Source of the DNA: a virus
Lineage: Duplodnaviria > Caudoviricetes
Strand: one strand, 5' to 3'
IMG/VR virus record: IMGVR_UViG_3300048837_000408
Coordinates: 1 to 62,620 of that record
DNA length: 62,620 nucleotides
This document shows positions 1-10,189 of the stretch, in pieces. The position numbers and the translations under genes are program-made. The notes below the pieces were generated by a model that saw nothing but the letters and a program-made list of their open reading frames with translations, ran no database searches and was not told the DNA's origin. Each line of letters begins with the position of its first letter. Positions within the stretch are counted from its first letter, which is position 1.

Positions 1-127
1 AGCCCGCTATCCTGAATACACCTGACTTGCGTGATCCACCTGATATGCAAAACGTGGCGAACAAATTAGATGGTGCTCCCGATCCTGCTCCTACGCCGAA
101 CAGTGAGCCAAAGGTAGCGGCTCCTAG
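1..127. repeat. 127-bp direct terminal overlap, copy 1 (circular assembly overlap)
   Basis: Identical to 62494-62620 and lies inside a coding frame that continues across the junction. Confidence 0.97.
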
Positions 128-3100
128 TTTACCGGAAGTGGTCAAACCCATGCAGCGGGCAACCAGTGATCTAGCTGGACAGAAGGATGGGCGGCGTTTG
201 GTAGCTGATCTGCGGGATGCGATGGGGGAGAATGGTACGATTGTTCTGAAAGAGAACGTACCTGGAAAGTATGCCGTTGCCTATGCCGATGGTAAGGTGA
301 CGATTGAATTAGATGCCAGCGTCCTGCGCCGGAAGGTATCCCAGGTACGCACCACCATGATTGATGCCATGACGGACGCGATGGCGGTGATTGATCGTGA
401 GTGGGCGGAGGGTATCCCCTTTATGGCTGGCCGGGATCTGCGGAAAGATTTGAGCGTCTTCCTTGCCAATCCGGGGCAGTTACGCCAGGAAGCCCCCCAG
501 GTGTTTGATGTTATCCAGAAACGGTTTGACAATAACACCCAGCGTAGAAACATGATGGCGGGATTGCAGGGGCGGGATCGGTTACGCTATCACCAGTTTG
601 CCAATTATGAGCGGGCGGGGATTGGGGCGGAGTTAGAGGTAGGTATTGATGAAGCCGACATCAAGCAGTATGCCCCGGAAGATTTCTATATCAACGGGGA
701 TTACCGCCGCCAGATGTCGAATAAGGTTGCGGATGCGCGGGAGAAGTACGAAGGTACAGCCATTGGTAATCATCTCTCGCGGATGCAGAACACATTGGAT
801 CGGGTGTCATCCTATCTGGATAGCTGGATGCGGATATATTATCCTGGCCCCCTCAACTTGAGGAAGGATAATCCAGCGCGGGGTGAGATGTGGGAGAAGT
901 ATTTCCAGATTAAGACCACGGTTTATCGGCGGTATGGTGAATACATGGAACGCAACCTGTCTCTGATTGAGGAGATGGGAGATGCTGCGCCCTTCGATCA
1001 ATCCCTTTCTCAAATCCTGAGTCAGTTAGGGTTCGGGTTCCAATTCACGAAGGATGGGAAGAAACTCAGAACGATTGCTTGGTTTGATGAGACTGGCAGA
1101 GCGGAGCGCAAGATCAGTGTAGCGTTCTACGCGAAGGATGCCTTCCTTCAGCAGTTCTTTGGTAAGAATGTAGTCAACATGGAGAACCTGCGGGATCTGG
1201 TTATGTCGGCTCCCTACCGGGGAGTGGATACTGTCTGGAATCCAAAGCAGTTCGAACGGGTAGCGGAGGAGATCACTGAGGATGTGGTCGGGGAAGTAGC
1301 CGAAGATGTGATGAAGGTCGCCCCCATCAAATTAGATGACGCCCAACGTCAGGTAGTCAAGGATAAGTTGGGGTTTGAGTTAGATGAAACCGGCACGATG
1401 AAACTAGAGGATCGAAGGCAAAATACCTTATTGCGGAATGCTCTCAATAAGGCTATGAGGGGTGAAACTCTGGCCGCTGATGAGGCAATGGAGCTAGGAA
1501 AGTTGGCCGCACAGTCCTCCACTACTGGGCTGAGAAATAAGGCTTACTACTGGTTGATCCATCATGGCTCGGAGTTTGCGCGTCCCACCAAGACCATGAT
1601 TGATGTGGACTATTTGAAGTTCTTCAATGATTTCGGCGGTCATCCGCAGGGAGATGTGATCCTTCAGACGTTTGCCAATGATCTGAAAGATATTGTGGGG
1701 AATGAGCATGTGTTCCATCTCTCGGGGGATGAGTTCTTTGCTGATTTTGATACGCCAGAACAGGCCGAAGAAATCATGCAACAGGTGTATAATAAATTTA
1801 GAGAACACGATTTTATTTTCAGGGAGGTAATAGATGGCAAGCCAACCGGACAAGAAATTGTCGCCAAAGGTGACTTCAAATGGGGAACAGCCGCAGATGA
1901 GTTCGAAGCCGATCAAAAGCTCATCGCCAAAAAAGCAGCAGATAGAAAGATTCGAGGGGCGGAGCCTTCGGGAATTAGCCGAAGAACTGCATCAGCGGGG
2001 GTGGAAGGAATACCAAGTGGAACTCCTCCCGCCGCAGGGAGAAAGTACGTCCCTCTAACGGATGAGGATTGGGCAAAGATTACTGAGGTGGTAACGACTG
2101 TTGATCCCGTTCAGACTGCCCGGAATACTTACAGTCAGAACATCACCAAGATCAAAGACCCCCAGGCGGTTGCGCTTATTCAAGCCGAAGCCCAGGAGAT
2201 GATGGATGACATCTTCGACCTGGATGTTTGGGATGGGCGACCATTGGGGGATGAGGACTTCGTTGAGTACATTGGTAAGACGGAGTGGGGTGCTGATCTG
2301 GTGGAAGTCCTGAAGAAACAGAAGAACCCCCGCACCGCTTTGATCGAAGCCTTTGAACAGGTCATCAGCGGGAAGGGATCAGCCTCGAACCTGACCAAAA
2401 ATCTACGCCAGCAGATCGTCAAGAACTTAGAGACTGGATTGGGAAACCGTCCTGCTCATCCTTATATGCGGAAGCTATTAGGTCTACCAGAGGATGAGGC
2501 TATTGCTAAGAGTTGGTCGGATCTGGGGCGTAACCCGATGCGGGAACTGGAACAGATGGTGGATACTCGCCAGAACGAACAGGCGTTGTGGGATGCCTTC
2601 TCACAGCAGGAATGGTACGATGGTCGCAGTCTGAAATCTGCCTGGGGAAACAACGCTCGTAACCCGGAAGTGTTCGCCGCCCACCTGCGGGATTTGATCA
2701 AGAACCTGCCCGATGGGGTACAGGATAGCAGCATAGAAGCATTACAGATGTTGTTGTTCCAGGTACAGAACTACAAGGCTTTGCGGAATAACTTCAATGG
2801 ATTATTTGGCACGCGCCGATCCTGGCGGTTGGGGAAGAACAGCCACGTGCCTCTGTCTAAGACAATTGGCTCCATGCCGGACAACTATCAGCAGTGGTTC
2901 CTCAATGCGGAGGAAGCCGCGCAAACCGTAGATGGGATAGATGCTGGGCTGCGGAAGTGGAAAGACTATGCTAAGAATAAGCCTGACCTGGGATTACAAG
3001 AAGCGGATCTGGATGCGCTGGAAGTAAGTGCGGAGGAGATCGCCCGCCTGAAACAATCCCTGTTGAATATGGCAGCGTTTGGTCCCGATGAAAAGAATCT

Positions 3101-6005
3101 GGAAACCCTGCTACGTGATTCGTTTGGTTGGGTGACACGCCAGAAGGATAACGTATGGCAGCGCCGGGTGGGGAACGAGTGGCAGAACCTTTCTAAGAAA
3201 GAGATGGGGATGTTTCAGCGGGTACAGAATGTATTGACCGAACAGGCCAATATCTTGAAGGGGGCCGGGGATGTAGAGGGTGCGTTACAGCGCACCAATC
3301 GGTTTATGATCGACTACGGTGACTTCTCTCGTCTGGATGAGATGATGCGCTACGTGGTCCCCTTCTGGAAATTCACCTCACGATCCTTCCCCTTCTGGAT
3401 TGAGACACTGGCGACTCATCCGCAAATCCTGGCAGCGTATGGGAAGTATATCAACTTCACGCGCCGGGTACAGATGCAAGAAGGTATTCGAACATCGACC
3501 GGCGAACAGATGCCATCCCTGGAAGGCTACCTGCCTATCCCTGGAACCGATATGTGGTTCAATCCATTGGCTCCCTTGTCCTTCCGCTATGTGATCCCCA
3601 AGTATCGAAACTATGGGGATGAGAACGAGAATATGCCGATCATGGGGCAGGTGTTCAACTGGCTACAGGATTACTCTCAGGTATTCGGGGTGGGTTTGAA
3701 CCCCATGTTTGTGGCTCCCTGGAAGATCATGGGACACCTGGATAATAAGCCTACCTCCGCTTTGGTTCCGCAGATCAATCTCATGCCGCCGTGGTATTTG
3801 AACAGTATTCGCGGGTACGTCAATAAGATCGGTGGGCCGGTGGCGCAGGATGCGGCTGAGGTGATCCTGGGATCGGAACTTCCTTGGATGGATTACATGG
3901 TGGAGCGTAGACTGCTTGCCAATCTCTCGGAGGAAATTCGCCGTGATCCTGCCCGCGCTACGGAACTGGTAGCCAAGATGGAACTGGCGATCCGAGAACG
4001 GGAAGGCAGCGAACTGTGGAATGAAACCCGCCGTGAGATGGAGAACTCGGATCTGGCCCGCAACTGGGCAGGATACTTTACGGCCATGTATGCCAAAGAG
4101 TTCACCGATGCTGAGGTGGATTTCCAACACCTGCGGGATGATTTGAATTTCCACCGTTCGATGGTCAACGACCAGATTGGGGCAGAGGTGTTCGGGTTAG
4201 ATCCAGATGTGGTCAACCGTTATGAGCACTACACCCACACAGCCTATGAAACTCCCGAAGGTGCACAGGTCAACTTGTACAATAACCTGCGTTGGGTACA
4301 GTCTCCAACCGGGGAGGAACTCCAGGGGCAGGAGCGCAGGGACGCAGTGGTCGCCAAGTTGGATCAACAGGAAGTGACCGCCAAGTACCACGAAGCTCTT
4401 GAACATAACTACGAATGGTATCAGTCCCAATTGAAAGCCTTACCTGTGGGAGCCGACAGCAAGTTACGTCAGAAACTCTACCAACAGTTCATCCAATACC
4501 GGGATGAGATCGAGGGCAGCGAATTATACGATACGGCTACGCGGGGATGGGCGATGGGATACAAGCCCGAGGAACTGGTGTACGAACACTTCCAGTCCTT
4601 GTGGTGGCAGATCGTGGAGGAAACCAAGCCGCAGTATGATGGGGAGGACTATAACGCTTATCAGTTACAGGTGGCCCAGTGGACTTCCGATCTACCCTAC
4701 ATTGCTACCACACTGGCATCCGCCGCTGGTCTGAACCAAATGCTGACCACCCAACTCAAGGTGGAAGAACTGCCTGAAGGTATGCCGATGGCAGGTGGGC
4801 GGGAACTCAACGTCCAGAACCTAGTCCAGAAACTTATCGCGGAGACTACCCCGGAACTGTACGAACAGTGGTCAAAGGGGAAGGATACCCCCATGCGGGC
4901 GATGGATAAGGCGTGGCAGGAACTCTACTGGAATAAGTATTGGGATACCATGCGGGATCTGTCCGGGTACGAGCGTGAACTGGTTGAACAGAACTTCATC
5001 CTCAACTTCCCCAAACCTTCTACCGAGATGATGGTGAACTGGGTGATGCAGAACTATCCAGGACAGTTCGATCCCAAGATGCTACAGGATGCGGTGCAGG
5101 ATCGTAAAGTGGAAAGTGTCGCTTCTCGCCTTGCCCCCAAAGATCCACAAGCCACAATGGAGCAGGATGTGTGGGATACTCTCAGCATGGCGGGGCCGAA
5201 CAAGGATGCGTTACAGAAAGCCTACGAACAGATGGGCGGCTACTGGGCATCGGACATCTCCGGTTTATGGTACGGGTCGGGGGGTAGTTCCTCCGCTTGG
5301 TCTGATCCTGAGAAGTTCCAGATGTTCCATGATCGCCTGATGGAAGCTGCTGCCAGTCTGGGATTGCAAGAGCCAGATGCCTTGACCTTGAAGGAATGGG
5401 CGCAAGCACAAGACCTGGACGCCAAACGTAAGGCTTTCCTTGATGAGAAGTTAGGCGCGGATTACATGGATAATATGCGGGCGTACTGGGCAGCGGATAA
5501 GCGCACCCGTTATGAGATGCGAAAGGCCGACCCAACCATTGACGAATACTACCGTATCCAGGATGGGTGGGAAGAACAGTACCCCATCTGGGCGAAGTAT
5601 TACACCGAACAGGAAAGCACCAGCACGAAGACTTCTACTGGTTCCGGCGGGGGTGGGGGAGGATACACACGCCGTTCCTATAGCAGCGGAGGTGGTAGTG
5701 GATCATCATACGTCCCGGCATCCTACACACTGGGGATGGGGGCACGCTCCACGCTGGATGCCTCTCGCCTACCGGGATCATTGGGGAAAGCCAAGCCGGG
5801 AGGTTCGATCCGTATCCCTGCTGCCCTGCAAGGCATCATTGGGGAAGCGGCTACAGCGGAGATTGAAAGCGGGGAACCCATCTCGCAAAAGACCCAGGAC
5901 TTCCTGAAGAAAGTAGAGAAGCGCCACCCTGAGCATAAAGAGATTATCCGAACCATCATTGGGGGAAAGCCAGTCTCGGGGAATGTCCTAAAAGAAATGC
6001 AGTAA
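1..6005 (+). CDS. C-terminal two-thirds of a ~3,100-aa internal virion/DNA-ejection protein with an embedded GGDEF domain (gene starts at 59196)
   Basis: 1992-aa ORF in frame with the open frame from ATG 59196 once the overlap is removed; motif FMIDYGDFSRLDEMMRYVVPFWKF resembles large podovirus ejection proteins; GGDEF motifs at about 1510-1960. Confidence 0.8.
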   Translation, partial: PAILNTPDLRDPPDMQNVANKLDGAPDPAPTPNSEPKVAAPSLPEVVKPMQRATSDLAGQKDGRRLVADLRDAMGENGTIVLKENVPGKYAVAYADGKVTIELDASVLRRKVSQVRTTMIDAMTDAMAVIDREWAEGIPFMAGRDLRKDLSVFLANPGQLRQEAPQVFDVIQKRFDNNTQRRNMMAGLQGRDRLRYHQFANYERAGIGAELEVGIDEADIKQYAPEDFYINGDYRRQMSNKVADAREKYEGTAIGNHLSRMQNTLDRVSSYLDSWMRIYYPGPLNLRKDNPARGEMWEKYFQIKTTVYRRYGEYMERNLSLIEEMGDAAPFDQSLSQILSQLGFGFQFTKDGKKLRTIAWFDETGRAERKISVAFYAKDAFLQQFFGKNVVNMENLRDLVMSAPYRGVDTVWNPKQFERVAEEITEDVVGEVAEDVMKVAPIKLDDAQRQVVKDKLGFELDETGTMKLEDRRQNTLLRNALNKAMRGETLAADEAMELGKLAAQSSTTGLRNKAYYWLIHHGSEFARPTKTMIDVDYLKFFNDFGGHPQGDVILQTFANDLKDIVGNEHVFHLSGDEFFADFDTPEQAEEIMQQVYNKFREHDFIFREVIDGKPTGQEIVAKGDFKWGTAADEFEADQKLIAKKAADRKIRGAEPSGISRRTASAGVEGIPSGTPPAAGRKYVPLTDEDWAKITEVVTTVDPVQTARNTYSQNITKIKDPQAVALIQAEAQEMMDDIFDLDVWDGRPLGDEDFVEYIGKTEWGADLVEVLKKQKNPRTALIEAFEQVISGKGSASNLTKNLRQQIVKNLETGLGNRPAHPYMRKLLGLPEDEAIAKSWSDLGRNPMRELEQMVDTRQNEQALWDAFSQQEWYDGRSLKSAWGNNARNPEVFAAHLRDLIKNLPDGVQDSSIEALQMLLFQVQNYKALRNNFNGLFGTRRSWRLGKNSHVPLSKTIGSMPDNYQQWFLNAEEAAQTVDGIDAGLRKWKDYAKNKPDLGLQEADLDALEVSAEEIARLKQSLLNMAAFGPDEKNLETLLRDSFGWVTRQKDNVWQRRVGNEWQNLSKKEMGMFQRVQNVLTEQANILKGAGDVEGALQRTNRFMIDYGDFSRLDEMMRYVVPFWKFTSRSFPFWIETLATHPQILAAYGKYINFTRRVQMQEGIRTSTGEQMPSLEGYLPIPGTDMWFNPLAPLSFRYVIPKYRNYGDENENMPIMGQVFNWLQDYSQVFGVGLNPMFVAPWKIMGHLDNKPTSALVPQINLMPPWYLNSIRGYVNKIGGPVAQDAAEVILGSELPWMDYMVERRLLANLSEEIRRDPARATELVAKMELAIREREGSELWNETRREMENSDLARNWAGYFTAMYAKEFTDAEVDFQHLRDDLNFHRSMVNDQIGAEVFGLDPDVVNRYEHYTHTAYETPEGAQVNLYNNLRWVQSPTGEELQGQERRDAVVAKLDQQEVTAKYHEALEHNYEWYQSQLKALPVGADSKLRQKLYQQFIQYRDEIEGSELYDTATRGWAMGYKPEELVYEHFQSLWWQIVEETKPQYDGEDYNAYQLQVAQWTSDLPYIATTLASAAGLNQMLTTQLKVEELPEGMPMAGGRELNVQNLVQKLIAETTPELYEQWSKGKDTPMRAMDKAWQELYWNKYWDTMRDLSGYERELVEQNFILNFPKPSTEMMVNWVMQNYPGQFDPKMLQDAVQDRKVESVASRLAPKDPQATMEQDVWDTLSMAGPNKDALQKAYEQMGGYWASDISGLWYGSGGSSSAWSDPEKFQMFHDRLMEAAASLGLQEPDALTLKEWAQAQDLDAKRKAFLDEKLGADYMDNMRAYWAADKRTRYEMRKADPTIDEYYRIQDGWEEQYPIWAKYYTEQESTSTKTSTGSGGGGGGYTRRSYSSGGGSGSSYVPASYTLGMGARSTLDASRLPGSLGKAKPGGSIRIPAALQGIIGEAATAEIESGEPISQKTQDFLKKVEKRHPEHKEIIRTIIGGKPVSGNVLKEMQ

Positions 6006-6015
6006 GACTAAATTC

Positions 6016-6069
6016 AGTAATAAAAAAACCACTGTACTTATGAAAAGATACAGTGGTTTTTTTATTACT
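6016..6069. terminator. Bidirectional intrinsic terminator
   Basis: Perfect 21-bp inverted repeat AGTAATAAAAAAACCACTGTA / TACAGTGGTTTTTTTATTACT with 12-nt loop, just after the giant gene. Confidence 0.85.
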
Positions 6070-6093
6070 ACAACCTAACCATAGAATTACCCC

Positions 6094-6126
6094 CCTATTG
6101 CTTTTTCCAGACAATTCGGTTATACT
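6094..6126 (+). promoter_or_regulatory. Sigma70-type promoter for scaffold/capsid genes
   Basis: CCTA-TTGCTT, 17 nt spacer, TATACT. Confidence 0.65.
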
Positions 6127-6193
6127 ATACGCATAAGATTAATGCGTGTATCAAAACACGTACCTTAATAATTCAATAGGAGTGATAAGCAAC

Positions 6194-6925
6194 ATGGGTA
6201 TGGTTACTGATGAGACAGATGCTCTGGTAGTTCCCGAGGGGACGAACCAGAGCGGCGGAGTTACAGATGTGACGACCGCCAATCCCGCCAGTGATGCAGA
6301 CAGCGAAGCCGTTTATAAAGAACAGCTTTTACGGTTGCAGAAGGACATTGATCGGATGCGTTCCACGTATGATCGGAACGCGGCGGAACGGGATCGCCAG
6401 TGGAAGGCTGAGAAAGCTGAACTGGAAACTCGTTTGCATCAAACCGCCACGAAGGATATGGATGAGAAGGATCGCGCTACTTACGAACGTGATCTGTACG
6501 CCTCCCGCCTTCAAGAGTACGAACAGCGGTTAGAGCAGATGGAGCAACAGCGTCAGCAGGAAGCCAATATGCGCCAGTACGCGGATGCCTATCAGAAAGC
6601 CTTTGGTGTCAAGCCGGAGGACCTGGATTTGAGTGATCCGCAGAAATTCCAAGAATCAGCGTGGAGCGCGGCAACCAATCGGTTCGCAGAGTTACAGCGC
6701 AGGTTAGAGGAACTGGAAGGCAAGAAACCCACTACGGCCCGCACCGCCACTACGGATAAATCGGTAGTGACCACGCAAGGCAATGTCCCGCGCTCGAAGC
6801 TCACGATGGCGGATTTTCGGACAAGGGTCGCACAGATGCGGGGTGTCCCCGTTACAGCGATTACGGATGATGACGTTTGGCGTGAGTACGAGCAGGGAAG
6901 GATTAGCCTTGACGGGTTGCTCTAA
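6194..6925 (+). CDS. Capsid scaffolding protein
   Basis: Charged coiled-coil protein directly upstream of the capsid gene; AGGAG precedes ATG 6194. Confidence 0.7.
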   Translation: MGMVTDETDALVVPEGTNQSGGVTDVTTANPASDADSEAVYKEQLLRLQKDIDRMRSTYDRNAAERDRQWKAEKAELETRLHQTATKDMDEKDRATYERDLYASRLQEYEQRLEQMEQQRQQEANMRQYADAYQKAFGVKPEDLDLSDPQKFQESAWSAATNRFAELQRRLEELEGKKPTTARTATTDKSVVTTQGNVPRSKLTMADFRTRVAQMRGVPVTAITDDDVWREYEQGRISLDGLL

Positions 6926-6948
6926 TCAAAAAAGATTGGAGGCCATAA

Positions 6949-7932
6949 ATGGCTAACGCAAATCAGACTACGATGGCTGACAGCATCAAGACTCAGTACG
7001 AGTCCCGCCTGTTGGCACGTGCGGTTCCTCGGTTCATTCATGGCAAGTGGGGTGAAGTTGCCCGCTTGTCAAAGTTCGGTTCCTACGAAGTTCGCCGTTA
7101 TAGCTCGATGGCGAACGTGACTTCCGCCCTCACTGAAGGGCAGACCCCCGGTGAGGCTACGCAGCCCACCATCACCAAACTCACCTTGACCCCGGCTCTG
7201 TACGGTTCATGGCTCGCATGGTCTGATGAGGTTGAGTGGACCGCTATGGACCCCATCCTGTCGGAATACACCGGCATCATGGGCGAGCAAGCTGGCTCCA
7301 GTATGGACGCGATTGTACGTGATGCGCTTCATACCGGTGCGACTGTGGACTATGCTGGTACTGCTACGCAGCGTAACGATGTTGATACGACCAACGATCT
7401 CCTGGATTACACCGCTTTCATTCGCGGCGTGGTTGTGCTGGAAAATGCCAATGCGCTGCCCGCTGAAGGCGAGATGATCCCGGTTGTGATCAGCCCCTAC
7501 GGGTTTGGTACGTTGATGAATGACGCCGACTTCGTTGACCTGTTCACCCGCGCCGATCCTGCCGCTATGCGGAATGGTTACGTGGGTAACATCCTCAACT
7601 GCCGTGTGTATGTTACCTCGAATGCGAAGACCTATGCGGGTGAAGGTGATAACTGTGACGTGCACACCGCCCTGTTCATCGGGCGTCAGTCGCACTCGTT
7701 CGCCGGTTTCGCCAATGCTCCGTTTGACTATGCCAACGGGGACAGCGGTGGGGAACGGTCGAACAACACCATGCGGGCAGTCAAGCCGGTGGAAGTCATC
7801 ATCAAGGGACTGGGCGAAACTGGTCTGGATCCCCTCAACCAGCGCGGAACGATTGGCTGGAAGTTGTCGCACACGCAGCAGGTTCTCAACAGCGCGTGGT
7901 TGCTCTCAATGGAACACGCGAGTATATTCTAG
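6949..7932 (+). CDS. Major capsid protein, N4-gp56-like family
   Basis: 327 aa; LTEGQTP, YGSW, and DPLNQRGTIGWK C-terminal signature; GGAGG RBS. Confidence 0.92.
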   Translation: MANANQTTMADSIKTQYESRLLARAVPRFIHGKWGEVARLSKFGSYEVRRYSSMANVTSALTEGQTPGEATQPTITKLTLTPALYGSWLAWSDEVEWTAMDPILSEYTGIMGEQAGSSMDAIVRDALHTGATVDYAGTATQRNDVDTTNDLLDYTAFIRGVVVLENANALPAEGEMIPVVISPYGFGTLMNDADFVDLFTRADPAAMRNGYVGNILNCRVYVTSNAKTYAGEGDNCDVHTALFIGRQSHSFAGFANAPFDYANGDSGGERSNNTMRAVKPVEVIIKGLGETGLDPLNQRGTIGWKLSHTQQVLNSAWLLSMEHASIF

Positions 7933-7938
7933 TGACAA

Positions 7939-7966
7939 TAATGGGGAGTCATACAACTCCCCATTA
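7939..7966. terminator. Hairpin between convergent capsid and LAGLIDADG genes
   Basis: 11-bp stem TAATGGGGAGT / ACTCCCCATTA. Confidence 0.6.
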
Positions 7967-7994
7967 CGCTGAACCTTAACAAACAAATAGTGAT

Positions 7995-8612
7995 TTACTG
8001 GATTTTCCGGTCAATGCGACACTGTTTTAGGGCATGGTACATTTGATCCATTGTCGCAATTTCATCTTCAGTAAATTTATGGTGACGCATGTGTCGTTTA
8101 TATTCGATAAACATTTTCCAGATTGTATAATCTTCTTTCTTATTTGTGCGAAGGGGATACGCATCAAGTAAGTCAGTTAGTTTTATACAATCGGAAAATT
8201 TACGAATATTATAAATGACTTTAGGTGCAATGTTTTGACCATACTTATTTTTATAGGTTTTGGGAACTACATACACATCACCACATTTCATCTGTTGATG
8301 AATTTCACGAATCACTGGTTCTTCTTCTATACGAAGACCCACCTGAAATAGAGGAACATATCCATTATTTTGTGTATGTTTCGCTATACCAAAATGTCCT
8401 TCCCCGTCAACTAGTCCAGAAAACCATGCTCCCCAGTTATCGAGGGGCGGCGTCTTATAAAGATTGAGGATGTAATCTAACACATCCAATTCTTCGTAAG
8501 CGGCACGCCCATAGCGATCAAGAGTGAATGGTATCTGACCTGATCTAGCAACATCTAAAACAGTGTGGCGATTGTGAGAAAGTAATTTCCCAACCTGACC
8601 GGATGTAAGCAT
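7995..8612 (-). mobile_element. Free-standing single-motif LAGLIDADG homing endonuclease with N-terminal HTH
   Basis: WFSGLVDGEG motif and YPLRTNKKEDYTIW tail; MerR/excisionase-like N-terminus; AT-rich and antisense to the operon. Confidence 0.85.
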
Positions 8613-8660
8613 TGTGACCTCCCTGAGTAATATTGTGGTAAGTTACATGTATATAATCCA

Positions 8661-8689
8661 GTTATATCATGGTTTGTTTCTGCTGTCAA
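8661..8689 (-). promoter_or_regulatory. Promoter for the LAGLIDADG gene
   Basis: Minus strand TTGACA, 17 nt spacer, TATAAC. Confidence 0.65.
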
Positions 8690-8703
8690 CAAAGGAGTCT
8701 AAT

Positions 8704-9204
8704 ATGGCTGCAAAAATTCTCTGGCCCGGTCCAGTTCCGGGTGTAATGAATGTGGCGAAAGTCACGTTTGGCGCGAAAAGCTCAGATAACCCGGATGTCT
8801 TGTGGCCCGCCACTGACATCTCCATTGGTACTGTGCTGTTCAAGGCGCTGCCGGGTACGTTCATCAAGAATGTTATTCGTAACATCCGCACCGGCTTTGG
8901 CTCCACTGGCGCGTTCATTATGAACGTGGGCGATGGAACTGACCCGGACGGCTGGATCGAATCGACTGATCAGAATGCTTCGGATGCCGGGATGTACAGC
9001 GTGGATACCCATGCTATCGGATCTACCGGCGCTACCAATGCCTACGCCTTCATCAATGGCAAACTGTGTTCCACCGGGAATACCCTGGACACGGATGGCT
9101 TGGAATCGGTTGTAGTGGCGACAGTCGGCGCGCATCCCCTGAACTTAGGGCTGGCTGACTTTTACGTCATGTACTTTTTCGATGGGGAAGTTGACCCCAA
9201 ATAG
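8704..9204 (+). CDS. Probable head decoration/cement protein
   Basis: Beta-rich 166 aa protein after the capsid gene; VGDGTDPDGW motif; AAGGAG RBS. Confidence 0.55.
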   Translation: MAAKILWPGPVPGVMNVAKVTFGAKSSDNPDVLWPATDISIGTVLFKALPGTFIKNVIRNIRTGFGSTGAFIMNVGDGTDPDGWIESTDQNASDAGMYSVDTHAIGSTGATNAYAFINGKLCSTGNTLDTDGLESVVVATVGAHPLNLGLADFYVMYFFDGEVDPK

Positions 9205-9286
9205 GTTTGACTTGTGAGTACGGGCGGGGAGGTAAGTCTGTCCTGGGACGCCCTCCCCGCCTTGCTCTGCCCGCTACAGGAGGCGG

Positions 9287-10189
9287 GTGGATATGGCAAC
9301 GAACAAACACTTATTGTTTCCCGAGCATAAGCACAGCAATACGGTACGTATTATTGGCTTTGCAAAATCAAGCCGGGAAGAAGCATTCAAGAAACCCGGC
9401 AGTGACGCTTGGGCATTAAACGAGATGCACGAACAGTCCTGGTGTGATATGAGCCAGATCACTGGTTGGTTTCAGATCCACCCCAAGTTTGATTATTTCC
9501 GCAAGAACAATCGCAACTCACCTAACCACTGGCCCTGGCTACAACAGTGGCATCCCTTCCCTGTCTGGATGATGGACAAGTTTGATGACATCCCCAACTC
9601 AGTACGCTTCCCGTTAGAAGACTGCATTGATACCTTCGGGCAGTATTTCACCAGCACCCCCGCCTATGAACTGGCGCTGGCGATGCTGATGGGCTATGAG
9701 CGCATTGAAGTCTATGGAATTGAGATGTCGGCGGATAGCGAGTATGTCTACCAGAAGGCGGGATTTGAATACCTGATTGGTTTCGCAAGGGGATTGGGGC
9801 ATGAGATTTATCTACCCCAGGATTGCTCCCTGCTACGCGGCAACCTGTATGCCTATGAGGATCTACGGGCGGCATCTCGCACCTACTATGGTTTCCGCGA
9901 ACGCTACCTGACCGAACAGTGTCAGACCAGCTTGGCTGTCCTCAATCAGTGGACGGGTAAGATGCAAGAGATCCAAGAGATCATGCAAGACCCGGAAGCT
10001 CCTATTCCGATGGACAGCCGTAAGTGGTTTGCAGATCGTTATATCCAACGGCGGGATGAGCACCTGATCAAGACCACGGAAGCAGCGGCTTGGCAGGGTG
10101 CGTGGGGTGAGATGAGAGAGTTGGTTCATTGGCATGACAGCCAGAACATTCCTTTGGATCGGGTGGAGGCTGAAAATGTCGAAGCGTAA
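9287..10189 (+). CDS. Conserved phage protein with MptE/DUF115- or sialyltransferase-like pattern and coiled-coil tail
   Basis: IIGFAKS, WALN, STPAYELALAMLMGYERIEVYGIEM motifs. Confidence 0.45.
   Translation: MDMATNKHLLFPEHKHSNTVRIIGFAKSSREEAFKKPGSDAWALNEMHEQSWCDMSQITGWFQIHPKFDYFRKNNRNSPNHWPWLQQWHPFPVWMMDKFDDIPNSVRFPLEDCIDTFGQYFTSTPAYELALAMLMGYERIEVYGIEMSADSEYVYQKAGFEYLIGFARGLGHEIYLPQDCSLLRGNLYAYEDLRAASRTYYGFRERYLTEQCQTSLAVLNQWTGKMQEIQEIMQDPEAPIPMDSRKWFADRYIQRRDEHLIKTTEAAAWQGAWGEMRELVHWHDSQNIPLDRVEAENVEA

Noticed and set aside
7207-7872. 221-aa - strand ORF
   Set aside because: Antisense to the capsid gene; explained by codon bias
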